DNA of 64,000 nucleotides from Spirochaetia bacterium (GTDB taxonomy: Bacteria > Spirochaetota > Spirochaetia > CADAEX01). Location: NCBI GenBank assembly GCA_045606105.1, contig JAZURI010000010.1, forward strand, positions 64,001-128,000, in the 5' to 3' direction. The first letter of the stretch is position 1. Each line of letters begins with the position of its first letter. The notes under the pieces are model-generated. The model worked only from the letters and a program-made list of their open reading frames with translations, was not told the DNA's origin and did no database searches. The position numbers and the translations under genes were made by a program. Below are positions 38,736 to 48,275 of this stretch, piece after piece.

Positions 38736-41201
38736 TTATTCTTCGCTTTCCAGTTCCTCGCCCTGCTTTGAAACCTTGGCAATACTTATAATGTAATCTC
38801 CCTCATTGACATTGACGATTCTTACACCCATGGCATTCCTTCCCTGCTCGGAAATCTCCTTGACCTTAACCTTCAGGGTATTACCGTGGAATGTAATGCA
38901 CATAAGCTCATCATCCTCTGTTACGGAAACCACGCCGGCCACGGAACCGGTCTTCTCGCTTACGGAATAGACACGCTGTCCCTTTGTGGATCTGCCGTGG
39001 GCCTTAAAAAGGTCGCAGTCCACTCTCTTGCCGTATCCCTGCTCGGACATGACAAGCATGAGAGAGTTTTCACCTACTGTGATGATTCCGGCAACCTGGT
39101 CTCCATCAGGAAGATTCATTCCCTTAACACCAACTGCGGTTCTTCCCATAGGACGAACTGCGCTTTCACTGTATCTGAGGGCGTTTCCTGATGTGGAAAC
39201 AACCATGATATCATCTTTTCCGGAAGTAAGGACTGCACTTACGAGACGGTCTCCTTCCTTGAAATCGAGAGCTCTGATACCCTTTCTTCTGGCATTTCTG
39301 AAAGCGCTTGTAGCCACCTTCTTTACAACACCCTGGGCTGTTCCCATGAAGATGAAGGAATCTTCGCTGAAGTCCTTCAGGGAAATTACTGCCTCAATCT
39401 CCTCTCCGGTCTCCATGCTGAACATGGCTCTGGCCAATGCACCTCTGGAATTCTTGCCGGCCTCCGGAATCTCATGAACCTTGAGCCAGTATGCACGGCC
39501 CATGGAGGTGATGAAAAGGATATAGTCGTGGGTGGATGCAATGAAAAGATGCTCCACAAAGTCCTCGTTTCTCAGCTTTGAAGCCATGGAGCCCTTTCCT
39601 CCGCGCCCCTGGTTCTTGTAGGATGTCATGGCCACTCTCTTGATAAAGCCTTTCTTTGAAAGGAGAACTGCCATGTCTTCCTTGTTTATCATATCCTCGG
39701 CATTGAACTGCTCCAGCTCATCAAAAACAACCTCTGTCCTTCTTTCGTCTCCGAAGCGGTCTGCAATGTCGTTGGTTTCTTCCTTCACTATAGCCAGAAT
39801 CTTCTCGTGGTGGGCAAGGAGATCGTTCAGATGGGCAATCAGAGCCCTCAGCTCCTCCATCTCCTTCCTGAGCTCATCAATCTGCAGATGGGTAAGGCTT
39901 CTGAGTCTCATGTCAACGATAGCCTGAGCCTGGACATCATCGAAGCCGAACCTTTCCATAAGGCCGTTCTTTGCATCCTGTACATCAAGGCTTCCGCGGA
40001 TGATTCTTACTACCTCGTCAATGTTGTCAACAGCTACAATAAGAGCCTCCAGAATGTGGGCCCTTTCCATGGCCTTTCTGAGCTCATATCTTGTCCTGCG
40101 GGTTACAACCTGGTCCCTGTGCTTTACGAAATAACATATAAGTTCTTTTAGTGTAAGGATTTGCGGCCTTCCGTCCACCAGTGCAAGATTAATGACACCA
40201 AAGTTGGACTGAAGGTCTGTCTTTACAAAAAGCTGGTTGAGAACTGTTCTCGGATTCATTCCTCTCTTGAGGCCGATAACAATACGCATACCTGCCCTGT
40301 CGGAGGTTTCGTCGTTGGCATCTGTAATTCCGTCCAGCTGCTTTGCCTTTACCAGATCCTTGATCTTCTTGATGATATTGGTGGTGTTGACACCGTAAGG
40401 AACCTCTGTGAAAACAATGGATTCCTTGCCGTTCTTGGCTTCCTCTATAGTATATTTGGAGCGGATGACTATCTTACCGCGCCCGGTCCTGTAGGCCTGC
40501 TTATAGCCTGATGTTCCGTAGATGACACCCCCGGTAGGGAAATCAGGTCCCTTCACATAGTTCAGGAGCTCATCGGTAGTGATATCGGGATTATCGATAT
40601 ATGCGGCTGTGGCAGCTGCAATTTCACGGAGGTTATGAGGCGGCATGTTGGTTGCCATACCTACTGCAATACCTGTGGTACCGTTACAGAGAAGGAACGG
40701 GAACTTTGCAGGAAGGATTGTAGGCTCCTTCACGGTCTCATCGAAGTTAGGAGACATATCCACAGTCTCCTTATCGATATCCTTTACCATCTCCTCAGCA
40801 ATTTTGGCCATCTTGGCCTCTGTATACCTGTATGCGGCTGCAGGGTCACCTGCAATGGTACCGAAGTTACCCTGCGGTGTGATTACCGTATATCTCTGGG
40901 CAAAATCCTGTCCAAGACGAACAAGGGCATCATATACGGAGGCATCTCCGTGCGGATGATACTTACCGAGCACGTCACCGACAATCTTTGCACATTTTCT
41001 GGTAGGTCCGCTGTTTACAAGATGAAGCTCATCCATGGCATAGAGAATACGGCGGTGAACCGGCTTCAGGCCGTCACGGACATCAGGCAGGGCCCTCTGC
41101 ACGATAACAGACATGGAATAATCTATGTATGCCTGCTTTACCTCGGCTTCAATAGGAATCTGTATAAGTGTTCCACCTTCCGGTGTCAGAATTTCTTCCA
41201 T
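38736..41201 (-). CDS. gyrA: DNA gyrase subunit A
   Basis: RALPDVRDGLKPVHRR, KYHPHGD, AAYRYTE catalytic Tyr and GyrA box QGRGGKG. Confidence 0.97.
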   Translation of the reverse strand: MEEILTPEGGTLIQIPIEAEVKQAYIDYSMSVIVQRALPDVRDGLKPVHRRILYAMDELHLVNSGPTRKCAKIVGDVLGKYHPHGDASVYDALVRLGQDFAQRYTVITPQGNFGTIAGDPAAAYRYTEAKMAKIAEEMVKDIDKETVDMSPNFDETVKEPTILPAKFPFLLCNGTTGIAVGMATNMPPHNLREIAAATAAYIDNPDITTDELLNYVKGPDFPTGGVIYGTSGYKQAYRTGRGKIVIRSKYTIEEAKNGKESIVFTEVPYGVNTTNIIKKIKDLVKAKQLDGITDANDETSDRAGMRIVIGLKRGMNPRTVLNQLFVKTDLQSNFGVINLALVDGRPQILTLKELICYFVKHRDQVVTRRTRYELRKAMERAHILEALIVAVDNIDEVVRIIRGSLDVQDAKNGLMERFGFDDVQAQAIVDMRLRSLTHLQIDELRKEMEELRALIAHLNDLLAHHEKILAIVKEETNDIADRFGDERRTEVVFDELEQFNAEDMINKEDMAVLLSKKGFIKRVAMTSYKNQGRGGKGSMASKLRNEDFVEHLFIASTHDYILFITSMGRAYWLKVHEIPEAGKNSRGALARAMFSMETGEEIEAVISLKDFSEDSFIFMGTAQGVVKKVATSAFRNARRKGIRALDFKEGDRLVSAVLTSGKDDIMVVSTSGNALRYSESAVRPMGRTAVGVKGMNLPDGDQVAGIITVGENSLMLVMSEQGYGKRVDCDLFKAHGRSTKGQRVYSVSEKTGSVAGVVSVTEDDELMCITFHGNTLKVKVKEISEQGRNAMGVRIVNVNEGDYIISIAKVSKQGEELESEE

Positions 41202-41217
41202 TTTATTTCCTCATCCA

Positions 41218-43146
41218 TCAAACATCCAGTTTGGCGTAAACTGCGTTTTCTTCGATAAATCTTCTTCTAGGCTCAACTTCCTCGCCCATGCAGACTGTAA
41301 AGATCCTGTCTGCAGCCTCTGCATCCGGAATTGTAACCACCTTCATCTTTCTTCTGGTAGGGTCCATTGTTGTTTCCCAGAGCTGTGTACCGTCCATCTC
41401 ACCGAGACCCTTGTATCTCTGTACATTGGCACGGCTTCTGTTTTCTCCCAGCTTGGCCAGCTCTGCTTCCCTCTCCTCTTCGGTGTAGACATATACAGGC
41501 TTGCTTTTTCCCAGCTGAACCTTGTAGAGAGGCGGCATTGCCAGATAGACATAACCGTTTTCGATAAGCTCAGGCATGTACCTGAAGAAGAAGGTCAGGA
41601 GAAGTGTCCTGATATGGCTTCCGTCAACGTCGGCATCGGCCATGATGATGATCTTGTGGTAACGGAGCTTTTCTATGTTGAAGGTCTCGCCGAAGCCTGC
41701 ACCCAGGGTTGCGATAACCGGTTCAAGTTTGTCATTGTTCATTACCTTGTCGGCCTTGACCTTTTCTACATTGAGCATTTTTCCCCAGAGCGGAAGAATA
41801 GCCTGTGTACGGCTGTCCCTTCCCTTCTTTGCAGATCCTCCCGCACTGTCTCCCTCAACGATATATACCTCGCAGATTTCAGGATCCTTGAGTGAGCAGT
41901 CGGAAAGCTTCTCCGGAAGTCCGAAGCCGTCTGCAAACGATTTTTTCCTGAGGGCATCCTTGGCCTTTCTGGCTGCAATACGGGCAGAGGCCTCGCTTAC
42001 GGCCTTATCCAGGATCTTGTCCAGAACATCGGGATTAAGTTCAAAGAAATTATTCAGCTGATCCTTCACCAGGGAATCAACTATTCCCCTTACCTCGGTA
42101 TTACCCAGCTTTTCCTTTGTCTGTCCCTCAAATTCAGGATTTGGAACCTTCATGGAAAGAATAACAACTACTCCGGCCCTTACATCCTCGCCGGTAAGCT
42201 TTTCTTCCTTTTCCAGCTTCTTCTTGAGCTTTTCCTTGGAATCCAGCGCCTTGTTGAGAACATAGGTAAGAGCTGACTTGAAGCCGTCCAGATGGGTTCC
42301 TCCCTCTCTGGTATTGATATCGTTTACATAAGTATTGATGTTTTCGCTGTATAAATCGTTGTACTGAAGGGCAAGCTCGGTAACCACGCCGGCCTTCTCC
42401 CCTGTGATATATATAGGGTTTTCGGGAAGGAAGAACTTGCTGTTGGTTCTGCTGTTTATCTGCTTTACATATTCTACGATACCGCCTTCATAGCGGATGG
42501 TCTCCTCTTTGGCAGATTCGTCCCTTTCATCCTTGAAAAGAATGGTGATGCCGCTGTTGAGGAATGCAAGCTCGCAGAGACGCTTCCTGAGTGTATCGTA
42601 TTCATGGTAGGTGGTTTCCTTGAAAATGGTGCTGTCCGGCTTCCAGCGGATGGTGGTTCCGTGGCTGTCGGTTTCTCCCACAATTTCTACCTGTGTTACT
42701 GAGGAGCCTCTGGAATAGCGCTGCCTGTAGACATGTCCGTCTCTCCGTACTTCTGCCTCAAGCCATTCGGAAAGGGCGTTTACACAGCTTACACCTACAC
42801 CGTGAAGACCTCCGGACACTTTATAGGAGCCCTTGTCGAATTTTCCGCCGGCATGAAGCTGGGTAAGAACTACCTCGAGAGCGCTTTTATGTTCGTCCTG
42901 CTGTTCATCCACAGGAATACCGCGGCCGTTATCCTCCACACGGACAATATCGTCGTTTTCCAGTGCTACGGTAATCGTATCACAGTAACCGGCCATGGCT
43001 TCGTCAATGCTGTTATCTATAACTTCGTATACAAGGTGATGAAGCCCTGCAGATCCGGTAGAACCGATGTACATACCGGGACGTTTTCTGACAGGATCCA
43101 ACCCCTTGAGTACCTGAATATTCTGCGCAGAATATTTGTTTTCCAT
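41218..43146 (-). CDS. gyrB: DNA gyrase subunit B
   Basis: RKRPGMYIG, LHAGGKF, VEGDSAGG, DADVDG and QRYKGLGEM. True start is MENKYSA at 43146; the ORF-track extension runs over oriC. Confidence 0.97.
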   Translation of the reverse strand: MENKYSAQNIQVLKGLDPVRKRPGMYIGSTGSAGLHHLVYEVIDNSIDEAMAGYCDTITVALENDDIVRVEDNGRGIPVDEQQDEHKSALEVVLTQLHAGGKFDKGSYKVSGGLHGVGVSCVNALSEWLEAEVRRDGHVYRQRYSRGSSVTQVEIVGETDSHGTTIRWKPDSTIFKETTYHEYDTLRKRLCELAFLNSGITILFKDERDESAKEETIRYEGGIVEYVKQINSRTNSKFFLPENPIYITGEKAGVVTELALQYNDLYSENINTYVNDINTREGGTHLDGFKSALTYVLNKALDSKEKLKKKLEKEEKLTGEDVRAGVVVILSMKVPNPEFEGQTKEKLGNTEVRGIVDSLVKDQLNNFFELNPDVLDKILDKAVSEASARIAARKAKDALRKKSFADGFGLPEKLSDCSLKDPEICEVYIVEGDSAGGSAKKGRDSRTQAILPLWGKMLNVEKVKADKVMNNDKLEPVIATLGAGFGETFNIEKLRYHKIIIMADADVDGSHIRTLLLTFFFRYMPELIENGYVYLAMPPLYKVQLGKSKPVYVYTEEEREAELAKLGENRSRANVQRYKGLGEMDGTQLWETTMDPTRRKMKVVTIPDAEAADRIFTVCMGEEVEPRRRFIEENAVYAKLDV

Positions 43147-43474
43147 CACTCTTCCTTCAATATTACTATTGTATAAAAAGTATATATTTTTATCTTGCAA
43201 ATAGCAACTCTTTGATTTAAAATTTAATTGTGTTTTTGAAGAAAATCCCTGAAAAAGGGCTTTTGTACCAAATGTGAATAAACTGTGGAAAACTTTTTTA
43301 AAACATGCTATAAAAAGGTAATTCCGCATAATTGACAGAGGATTATTTTTAAAGCCTTATAAAGGCTTATATAGAAAGAAATTAAACTGCTTCAAAACAC
43401 GAGAAGAAAATAGTGAAAAAAAACAGGATTTCACCCGATTGTGAATAACCTGTGGAAAAAGGAAATAAAGTATT
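43147..43474. promoter_or_regulatory. DnaA-box cluster upstream of dnaA (oriC1/autoregulatory region)
   Basis: AT-rich intergenic region with TGTGAATAA at 43273-43281 and 43440-43448, and TGTGGAAAA at 43284-43292 and 43451-43459. Confidence 0.8.
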
Positions 43475-44845
43475 ATGTATAAGCCATTTTGGGACCAAAC
43501 TCTCATAACGATTAAACAGACAATTTCTCCCGAAGAATATAACATGTGGTTCGTCCCTGTTTCCTATGCTTCCACCGAGAACAACAAGATTACCCTTAAT
43601 GTTCCCAGCGAGTTTTTCCGCGACCAGATTACGGATAAATATCTTAAGCTGATTGAGAATACATTTGAGGATCTTGCCGGCAAGAAGATATCATTTTCCT
43701 TTGTTATCAACAAGAAAAACAACGAGGAAAAAGATTACAGAAAGGCATCGGAAATCCTGGATAAGGCAAAGCTTTCCGACGGATCGGAGCTGGTTGCAAA
43801 AAAAAGCCATCCTGATTTAAAGGAAGAATTCAATTTCGACAGTTTCGTGGTAGGACCGAGCAATGATTACGCATATAATGCGGCGGTAGCCATCTCATCC
43901 GCACCGGGAAAACAGTATAACCCGTTCTTCATCTACGGCGGCGTAGGACTGGGAAAAACCCACCTTCTCCATGCCATCGGAAATTCTGTTTATGAAAAAT
44001 TCCCTAACAAGAAGATAATTCTGATTACAGCGGAAAATTTCACCAACGAATTTATCTCTTCAATTAACTCAAAGAAGACATCAAGCTTCAAGAACAAGTA
44101 CAGAAATGCTGATGTACTGCTTATCGACGATATTCACTTCTTTCAGGACAAGCAGGGAGTCCAGGAGGAGCTTTTCAATACCTTCAATGCTCTCTACGAT
44201 GCCAAGAAGCAGATGGTATTTACCAGTGACAGACCCCCTTCCGAGCTGAAGAACCTGACACCGAGAATGCAGAGCCGTTTCCAGATGGGGCTTACAATAG
44301 ACCTCAAGATGCCGAATTATGAAACCAAGATGGCCATCATGAGAAGCAAGGCTGCAGCAATAAAGATAAATGTGGAGGATGGTGTTCTCGAACTTATCTG
44401 CAAGAATATCAACACAAGCATACGCGACCTGGAATCGGCACTTCTTAATGTAGCTGCCTATTCAAAGATGCTGAAGAAGGATGTTACAACCGCCATTGCC
44501 AGTGATATTCTTTCATATCTTTTCATGGATAAGAAACAGGGAAATCTTTCGGTAGATACCATAATCAGGGCAGTTGCAGAATATTTCAACATTTCCGCTT
44601 CAGATATAAGAGGAAAGAAAAGAACCAAGAAAATAGTGATGCCGCGTCATATTTCCATGTATATAACAAGAGATATGACAGAGCTTTCCACTTCAGAAAT
44701 AGGAAACGAATTCGGAGGAAGAGACCACACTTCCGTAATCCATGCTCTCCAGAAGGTGGAGGCTGAGATGAAAATGGATATGACTCTGGAGACAGTAATC
44801 CAGAAAATTGAAGACAAACTCAGCAAAAATGTGGGAAACAGTTGA
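43475..44845 (+). CDS. dnaA: Chromosomal replication initiator DnaA
   Basis: YNPFFIYGGVGLGKTHL, LLIDDI and FGGRDHTSV. Confidence 0.98.
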   Translation: MYKPFWDQTLITIKQTISPEEYNMWFVPVSYASTENNKITLNVPSEFFRDQITDKYLKLIENTFEDLAGKKISFSFVINKKNNEEKDYRKASEILDKAKLSDGSELVAKKSHPDLKEEFNFDSFVVGPSNDYAYNAAVAISSAPGKQYNPFFIYGGVGLGKTHLLHAIGNSVYEKFPNKKIILITAENFTNEFISSINSKKTSSFKNKYRNADVLLIDDIHFFQDKQGVQEELFNTFNALYDAKKQMVFTSDRPPSELKNLTPRMQSRFQMGLTIDLKMPNYETKMAIMRSKAAAIKINVEDGVLELICKNINTSIRDLESALLNVAAYSKMLKKDVTTAIASDILSYLFMDKKQGNLSVDTIIRAVAEYFNISASDIRGKKRTKKIVMPRHISMYITRDMTELSTSEIGNEFGGRDHTSVIHALQKVEAEMKMDMTLETVIQKIEDKLSKNVGNS

Positions 44846-44999
44846 TAAAGTTGACAGAAAATAAGACTTATCAACATGAAAAAAACCTTATATATTAAGG
44901 ACAAATTTTGATTTTTAACATTTACCGGGTGATTACTATTACTTTTACTGATTTATACTAATAAATTAGTAGTTATTAATAACGGGAAAAGGGGAAAAC
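44840..44999. other. oriC: oriC unwinding region between dnaA and dnaN
   Basis: DnaA-box-like AGTTGATAA (44840) and TTATCAACA (44868), GC patch CCGGG, DnaA-trio-like TACTATTACTTTTACT (44934-44949), then an AT-rich tract. Confidence 0.78.
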
Positions 45000-46100
45000 A
45001 TGAAATTCAGATGCAATAAGAATTCAATACTTAACGAAATCTCAACAGCACAGGGAATTATTTCTTCAAGGAATAATTTATCCATTCTTTCCAATGTACT
45101 GCTGGAAGCCGGTAACGGAAGTCTCTGTATCAAGGCTACAGATCTCAAGATAGGTTTTGAAACCGTTATTCCCGTAGATGTAGAAGAACCGGGAAGTACA
45201 ACCGTATTCTGTGACAAGCTTCTCGGAGTTCTCAGAACATTTCCCGAAGGTGATGTGATTTTTACTCTTGAAGGTGATAACTTTATAATTGATTCTGAAT
45301 GTGAGGATTCAAATGTAAAGCTTAAGGTTATCGATTCCTCAAAGTTTCCTGAGCTTATCGAAACAGAGCAGGATAAATATTTTGAAATAGCTCAGGCCGA
45401 TTTCCTGGATATGATAAACAATACATCATTTGCAGTTTCCAATGATGAAAAGAAATTCTTCATGAACGGAGTTCTTCTGGAAAAAGGGGAAGATACACTT
45501 AATATGGTAGCTACCGACGGAAGAAGGCTTTCCGTAATCAGGAAAAAAACAGATATTCAGAACGATTTCAGAAACGTTATCATTCCGGTTAAGATTTTCG
45601 GAATCATAAAGAAGCTTGCATCCGGCGAAGGAAACATGAAGATAGCTGTTACCGAAAAATGCTTCTTTGCAGAATTTGACAACAACAAGATCTATACAAC
45701 ACTTATCGACGGAGTATTTCCTAATTATTCAAAGGCTATTCCGACAGATCAGAAATTCACTGCCGTTATCAGCAGGAATACCTTCAGCAACGCCCTGAGC
45801 AGGGTATCGGTTTTTGCAGAACAGAAATCCAAGAAGATCTTCTTCAATTTCTCTCAGGATTCACTTCTTATTACCTCCGAAGAGAGCGATATCGGAGAAG
45901 CAAAGGTGAAGATGGAATGCGGCTACAGAGGAGACGATATCAGGATTGCGGTGAATTATGTTCATTTCGCAGAACCTATAAAAGCCATGAAGGAAGAGGA
46001 TGTCTCAATCCGGTTCTCCTCCACAAATACAGCCCTCACACTCAACAGCGTACCGGAAGGAGATTTTCTGCACGTTATAATGCCGATGCAGCAGCTTTGA
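45000..46100 (+). CDS. dnaN: DNA polymerase III beta clamp
   Basis: ILSNVLL, ATDL, VATDGRRL, FPNY and IMPMQ. Confidence 0.97.
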   Translation: MKFRCNKNSILNEISTAQGIISSRNNLSILSNVLLEAGNGSLCIKATDLKIGFETVIPVDVEEPGSTTVFCDKLLGVLRTFPEGDVIFTLEGDNFIIDSECEDSNVKLKVIDSSKFPELIETEQDKYFEIAQADFLDMINNTSFAVSNDEKKFFMNGVLLEKGEDTLNMVATDGRRLSVIRKKTDIQNDFRNVIIPVKIFGIIKKLASGEGNMKIAVTEKCFFAEFDNNKIYTTLIDGVFPNYSKAIPTDQKFTAVISRNTFSNALSRVSVFAEQKSKKIFFNFSQDSLLITSEESDIGEAKVKMECGYRGDDIRIAVNYVHFAEPIKAMKEEDVSIRFSSTNTALTLNSVPEGDFLHVIMPMQQL

Positions 46101-46101
46101 T

Positions 46102-47172
46102 ATGTTTTTATCCGTAAGGGCATACAATTTCAGGAACCTGGCCGACAGAACCGTGGATACGGATGCGGAGAACATCTATCTTATCGGGGAGAACGGTCAG
46201 GGAAAAAGCAATTTTCTCGAAATGGTCTACATCCTGTGCTTCGGGTCATCCTTCCGTACCAAGCAGGATAAGCTTCTCATACGGCAGGGCTCCGGCGACA
46301 TGATGATCGAAGGGGATTTTCTGGACAGGAATTCCATGAAAAACAACATTTCCTTCAGGATTGAAGAGGGAAAGAAAGAAATAAAGCAGAACGGAAAACC
46401 GGTCCGTGACAGAAAGGATCTTATAGAAAATATTCCCTGCATAGTCTACAAGCACGAGGATATCTATTTTGTAAACGGCACCCCGGACAAAAGAAGGCTT
46501 TTCTTCAATCAGGTAATGGGAATCTACGATATTCCTTTCCTTATGTCTCTCCGCGAATACAACAGGATACTGAAAATGAGAAATGTGGTGCTGAAGGAAA
46601 ACAGGCAGGAATATCTGCCGGTTCTTGACAGGCAGCTGACAGAGAAGGGTCTTGAGATACAGCAGAAAAGGAAACAGGCCACAGAGGAGTTCGCACCCCT
46701 GTTTTCAGAGGTTTTCCGGCAGGTTTCGGGAAGCGGCATGGATATCAGGCTCAGATATATTCCCTCCTGGGGAGACGACCCTGAAAGTCAGATAAGGAAG
46801 GAGAGAATCAGGGACCTGGAAACAGGTCTTACCAACAGCGGCCCTCACAGGGACCGTTTCTGCTTCTATATGTCTGACAGCGATTTTTCCAAGGTAGCCT
46901 CCACCGGCCAGTCCAGGCTGATAACCCTGGCCATGCGCAATGCCCAGGCCTGCTTTTACAGCCGGAAAACAGGACGGAAGCCGGTTTTTCTCATAGATGA
47001 TGTCCTTCTGGAGCTGGACAGGAAAAAGAGGATAAGGTTTACGGAGCAGCTGCCCGAATACGAACAGGCCTTCTTCACATATCTGCCGGGAGAGGAGATT
47101 CCCACAGGCCGGGGAAGGGAAAAATTCTACGATGTAAAGGACGGATTCATAGATGAGCGCCAGGGCATTTGA
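46102..47172 (+). CDS. recF: DNA replication/repair protein RecF
   Basis: NFRN, GENGQGKSN, GPHRD, STGQ and IDDVLLELD. Confidence 0.95.
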   Translation: MFLSVRAYNFRNLADRTVDTDAENIYLIGENGQGKSNFLEMVYILCFGSSFRTKQDKLLIRQGSGDMMIEGDFLDRNSMKNNISFRIEEGKKEIKQNGKPVRDRKDLIENIPCIVYKHEDIYFVNGTPDKRRLFFNQVMGIYDIPFLMSLREYNRILKMRNVVLKENRQEYLPVLDRQLTEKGLEIQQKRKQATEEFAPLFSEVFRQVSGSGMDIRLRYIPSWGDDPESQIRKERIRDLETGLTNSGPHRDRFCFYMSDSDFSKVASTGQSRLITLAMRNAQACFYSRKTGRKPVFLIDDVLLELDRKKRIRFTEQLPEYEQAFFTYLPGEEIPTGRGREKFYDVKDGFIDERQGI

Positions 47173-47449
47173 CGAGCTTCTGAAAAATTTCATGGATTCC
47201 CTGGGTATTCCCGAAAAGACCGTAATAACGGAATGGGAGCGGCTGGCCGGAAAGGAGATGGCGGCACATGTCAGGGTTACCGACCTTTCGGGAGGCATTC
47301 TCAGGCTGGAGGCAGACCATCCGGGCTGGAGCCAGATAGTGAACCTGCAGAAGAAAGAGCTGCTTGAAAGGATAAACCGGGAGTTTCCCGATGAAAAAAC
47401 AGTAAAAATTATGGTTGCTTTAGGAAAACATAGGCAGTGTGATAGTTGA
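47153..47449 (+). CDS. dciA: DUF721/DciA-family protein
   Basis: WERLAGKEMAAH...L.LEADHPGW pattern in the usual position after recF. Confidence 0.8.
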   Translation: MSARAFDELLKNFMDSLGIPEKTVITEWERLAGKEMAAHVRVTDLSGGILRLEADHPGWSQIVNLQKKELLERINREFPDEKTVKIMVALGKHRQCDS

Positions 47450-47475
47450 CATTCAAACTGAATCTGAATTATATT
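47446..47475 (+). promoter_or_regulatory. Sigma70-type promoter of the rpmH operon
   Basis: TTGACA (47446-47451), 18 nt, TATATT (47470-47475). Confidence 0.6.
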
Positions 47476-47534
47476 GTTAACTCAAAGCAAAAAAATCTAA
47501 CTAAGTTAGAAACTTATATAAGGAGTTTCTTGAT

Positions 47535-47702
47535 ATGAGAGGAACAGACAAAAGAACTTATCAGCCAAGTAAGGTAAAAAGAAACAGAAAATTCGGTTTC
47601 AGAGCAAGAATGAAAACTGTAGGCGGACGCCTTGTACTCATGAGAAGAAGACAGAAAGGCAGAAAAAAATTATCTGTTTGTGATGAGAAAAAGCCTTACT
47701 GA
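47535..47702 (+). CDS. rpmH: 50S ribosomal protein L34
   Basis: Not in the ORF track (55 aa). Manual translation: [55 protein letters not shown], with an AAGGAG RBS. Confidence 0.96.
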   Translation: MRGTDKRTYQPSKVKRNRKFGFRARMKTVGGRLVLMRRRQKGRKKLSVCDEKKPY

Positions 47703-48030
47703 TAAAGAGCGTTTAAAAAAAACAGAAATAAAGCGGGTTTTTCGTGAAGCTGCAACAGCGAAATGTTTTGGGTATAAGATCCTGTATTGCAGAAACAATG
47801 CAGGATTGAACCGGATGGCGGTTACCACCCCCAGAAACTATGGTAATGCGGTAGAAAGAAACAGGACCAAACGGATAGTAAAAGAAGTATACCGGAATAT
47901 TAAGGAAAAAATAGTATTGGAGGGATACGACTTTCTTTTTATTGTCTATAAAAAAAATCTGGAATATAAAGATACTTTTTTAGAGCTCTTCACTATCTGC
48001 AGACAAGCAGGTATTTTGAATGATTTTTAA
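47683..48030 (+). CDS. rnpA: Ribonuclease P protein component
   Basis: [11 protein letters not shown] (RNR motif). Overlaps the end of rpmH. Confidence 0.93.
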   Translation: MRKSLTDKERLKKTEIKRVFREAATAKCFGYKILYCRNNAGLNRMAVTTPRNYGNAVERNRTKRIVKEVYRNIKEKIVLEGYDFLFIVYKKNLEYKDTFLELFTICRQAGILNDF

Positions 48031-48247
48031 TAAAATTGTAAAAAAAATTTTTTTATTTTTAATCTGGATATACCAGAAAACCATTTCACCTCTATTTCCG
48101 CCGTGTTGCAGATATATCCCTACATGTTCGGCATATGCGGTTCAGGCAATCGAAAAATACGGACCATGGAAAGGTAGTTACCTTGCGGCCAGAAGGATAC
48201 TGAGATGTCATCCCTTCCACGCCGGCGGTTACGATCCTGTCCCGTAA
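48020..48247 (+). CDS. yidD: Membrane protein insertion efficiency factor
   Basis: [17 protein letters not shown] and [15 protein letters not shown]. Confidence 0.96.
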   Translation: MIFNKIVKKIFLFLIWIYQKTISPLFPPCCRYIPTCSAYAVQAIEKYGPWKGSYLAARRILRCHPFHAGGYDPVP

Positions 48248-48275
48248 CGTAAAAATAATTTAGGAGCTTTTATTT

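Noticed and set aside
43147-43329. 60-aa N-terminal extension of gyrB in the ORF track
   Set aside because: It runs through AT-rich intergenic DNA containing DnaA boxes; GyrB homology starts at MENKYSA, which has its own RBS.
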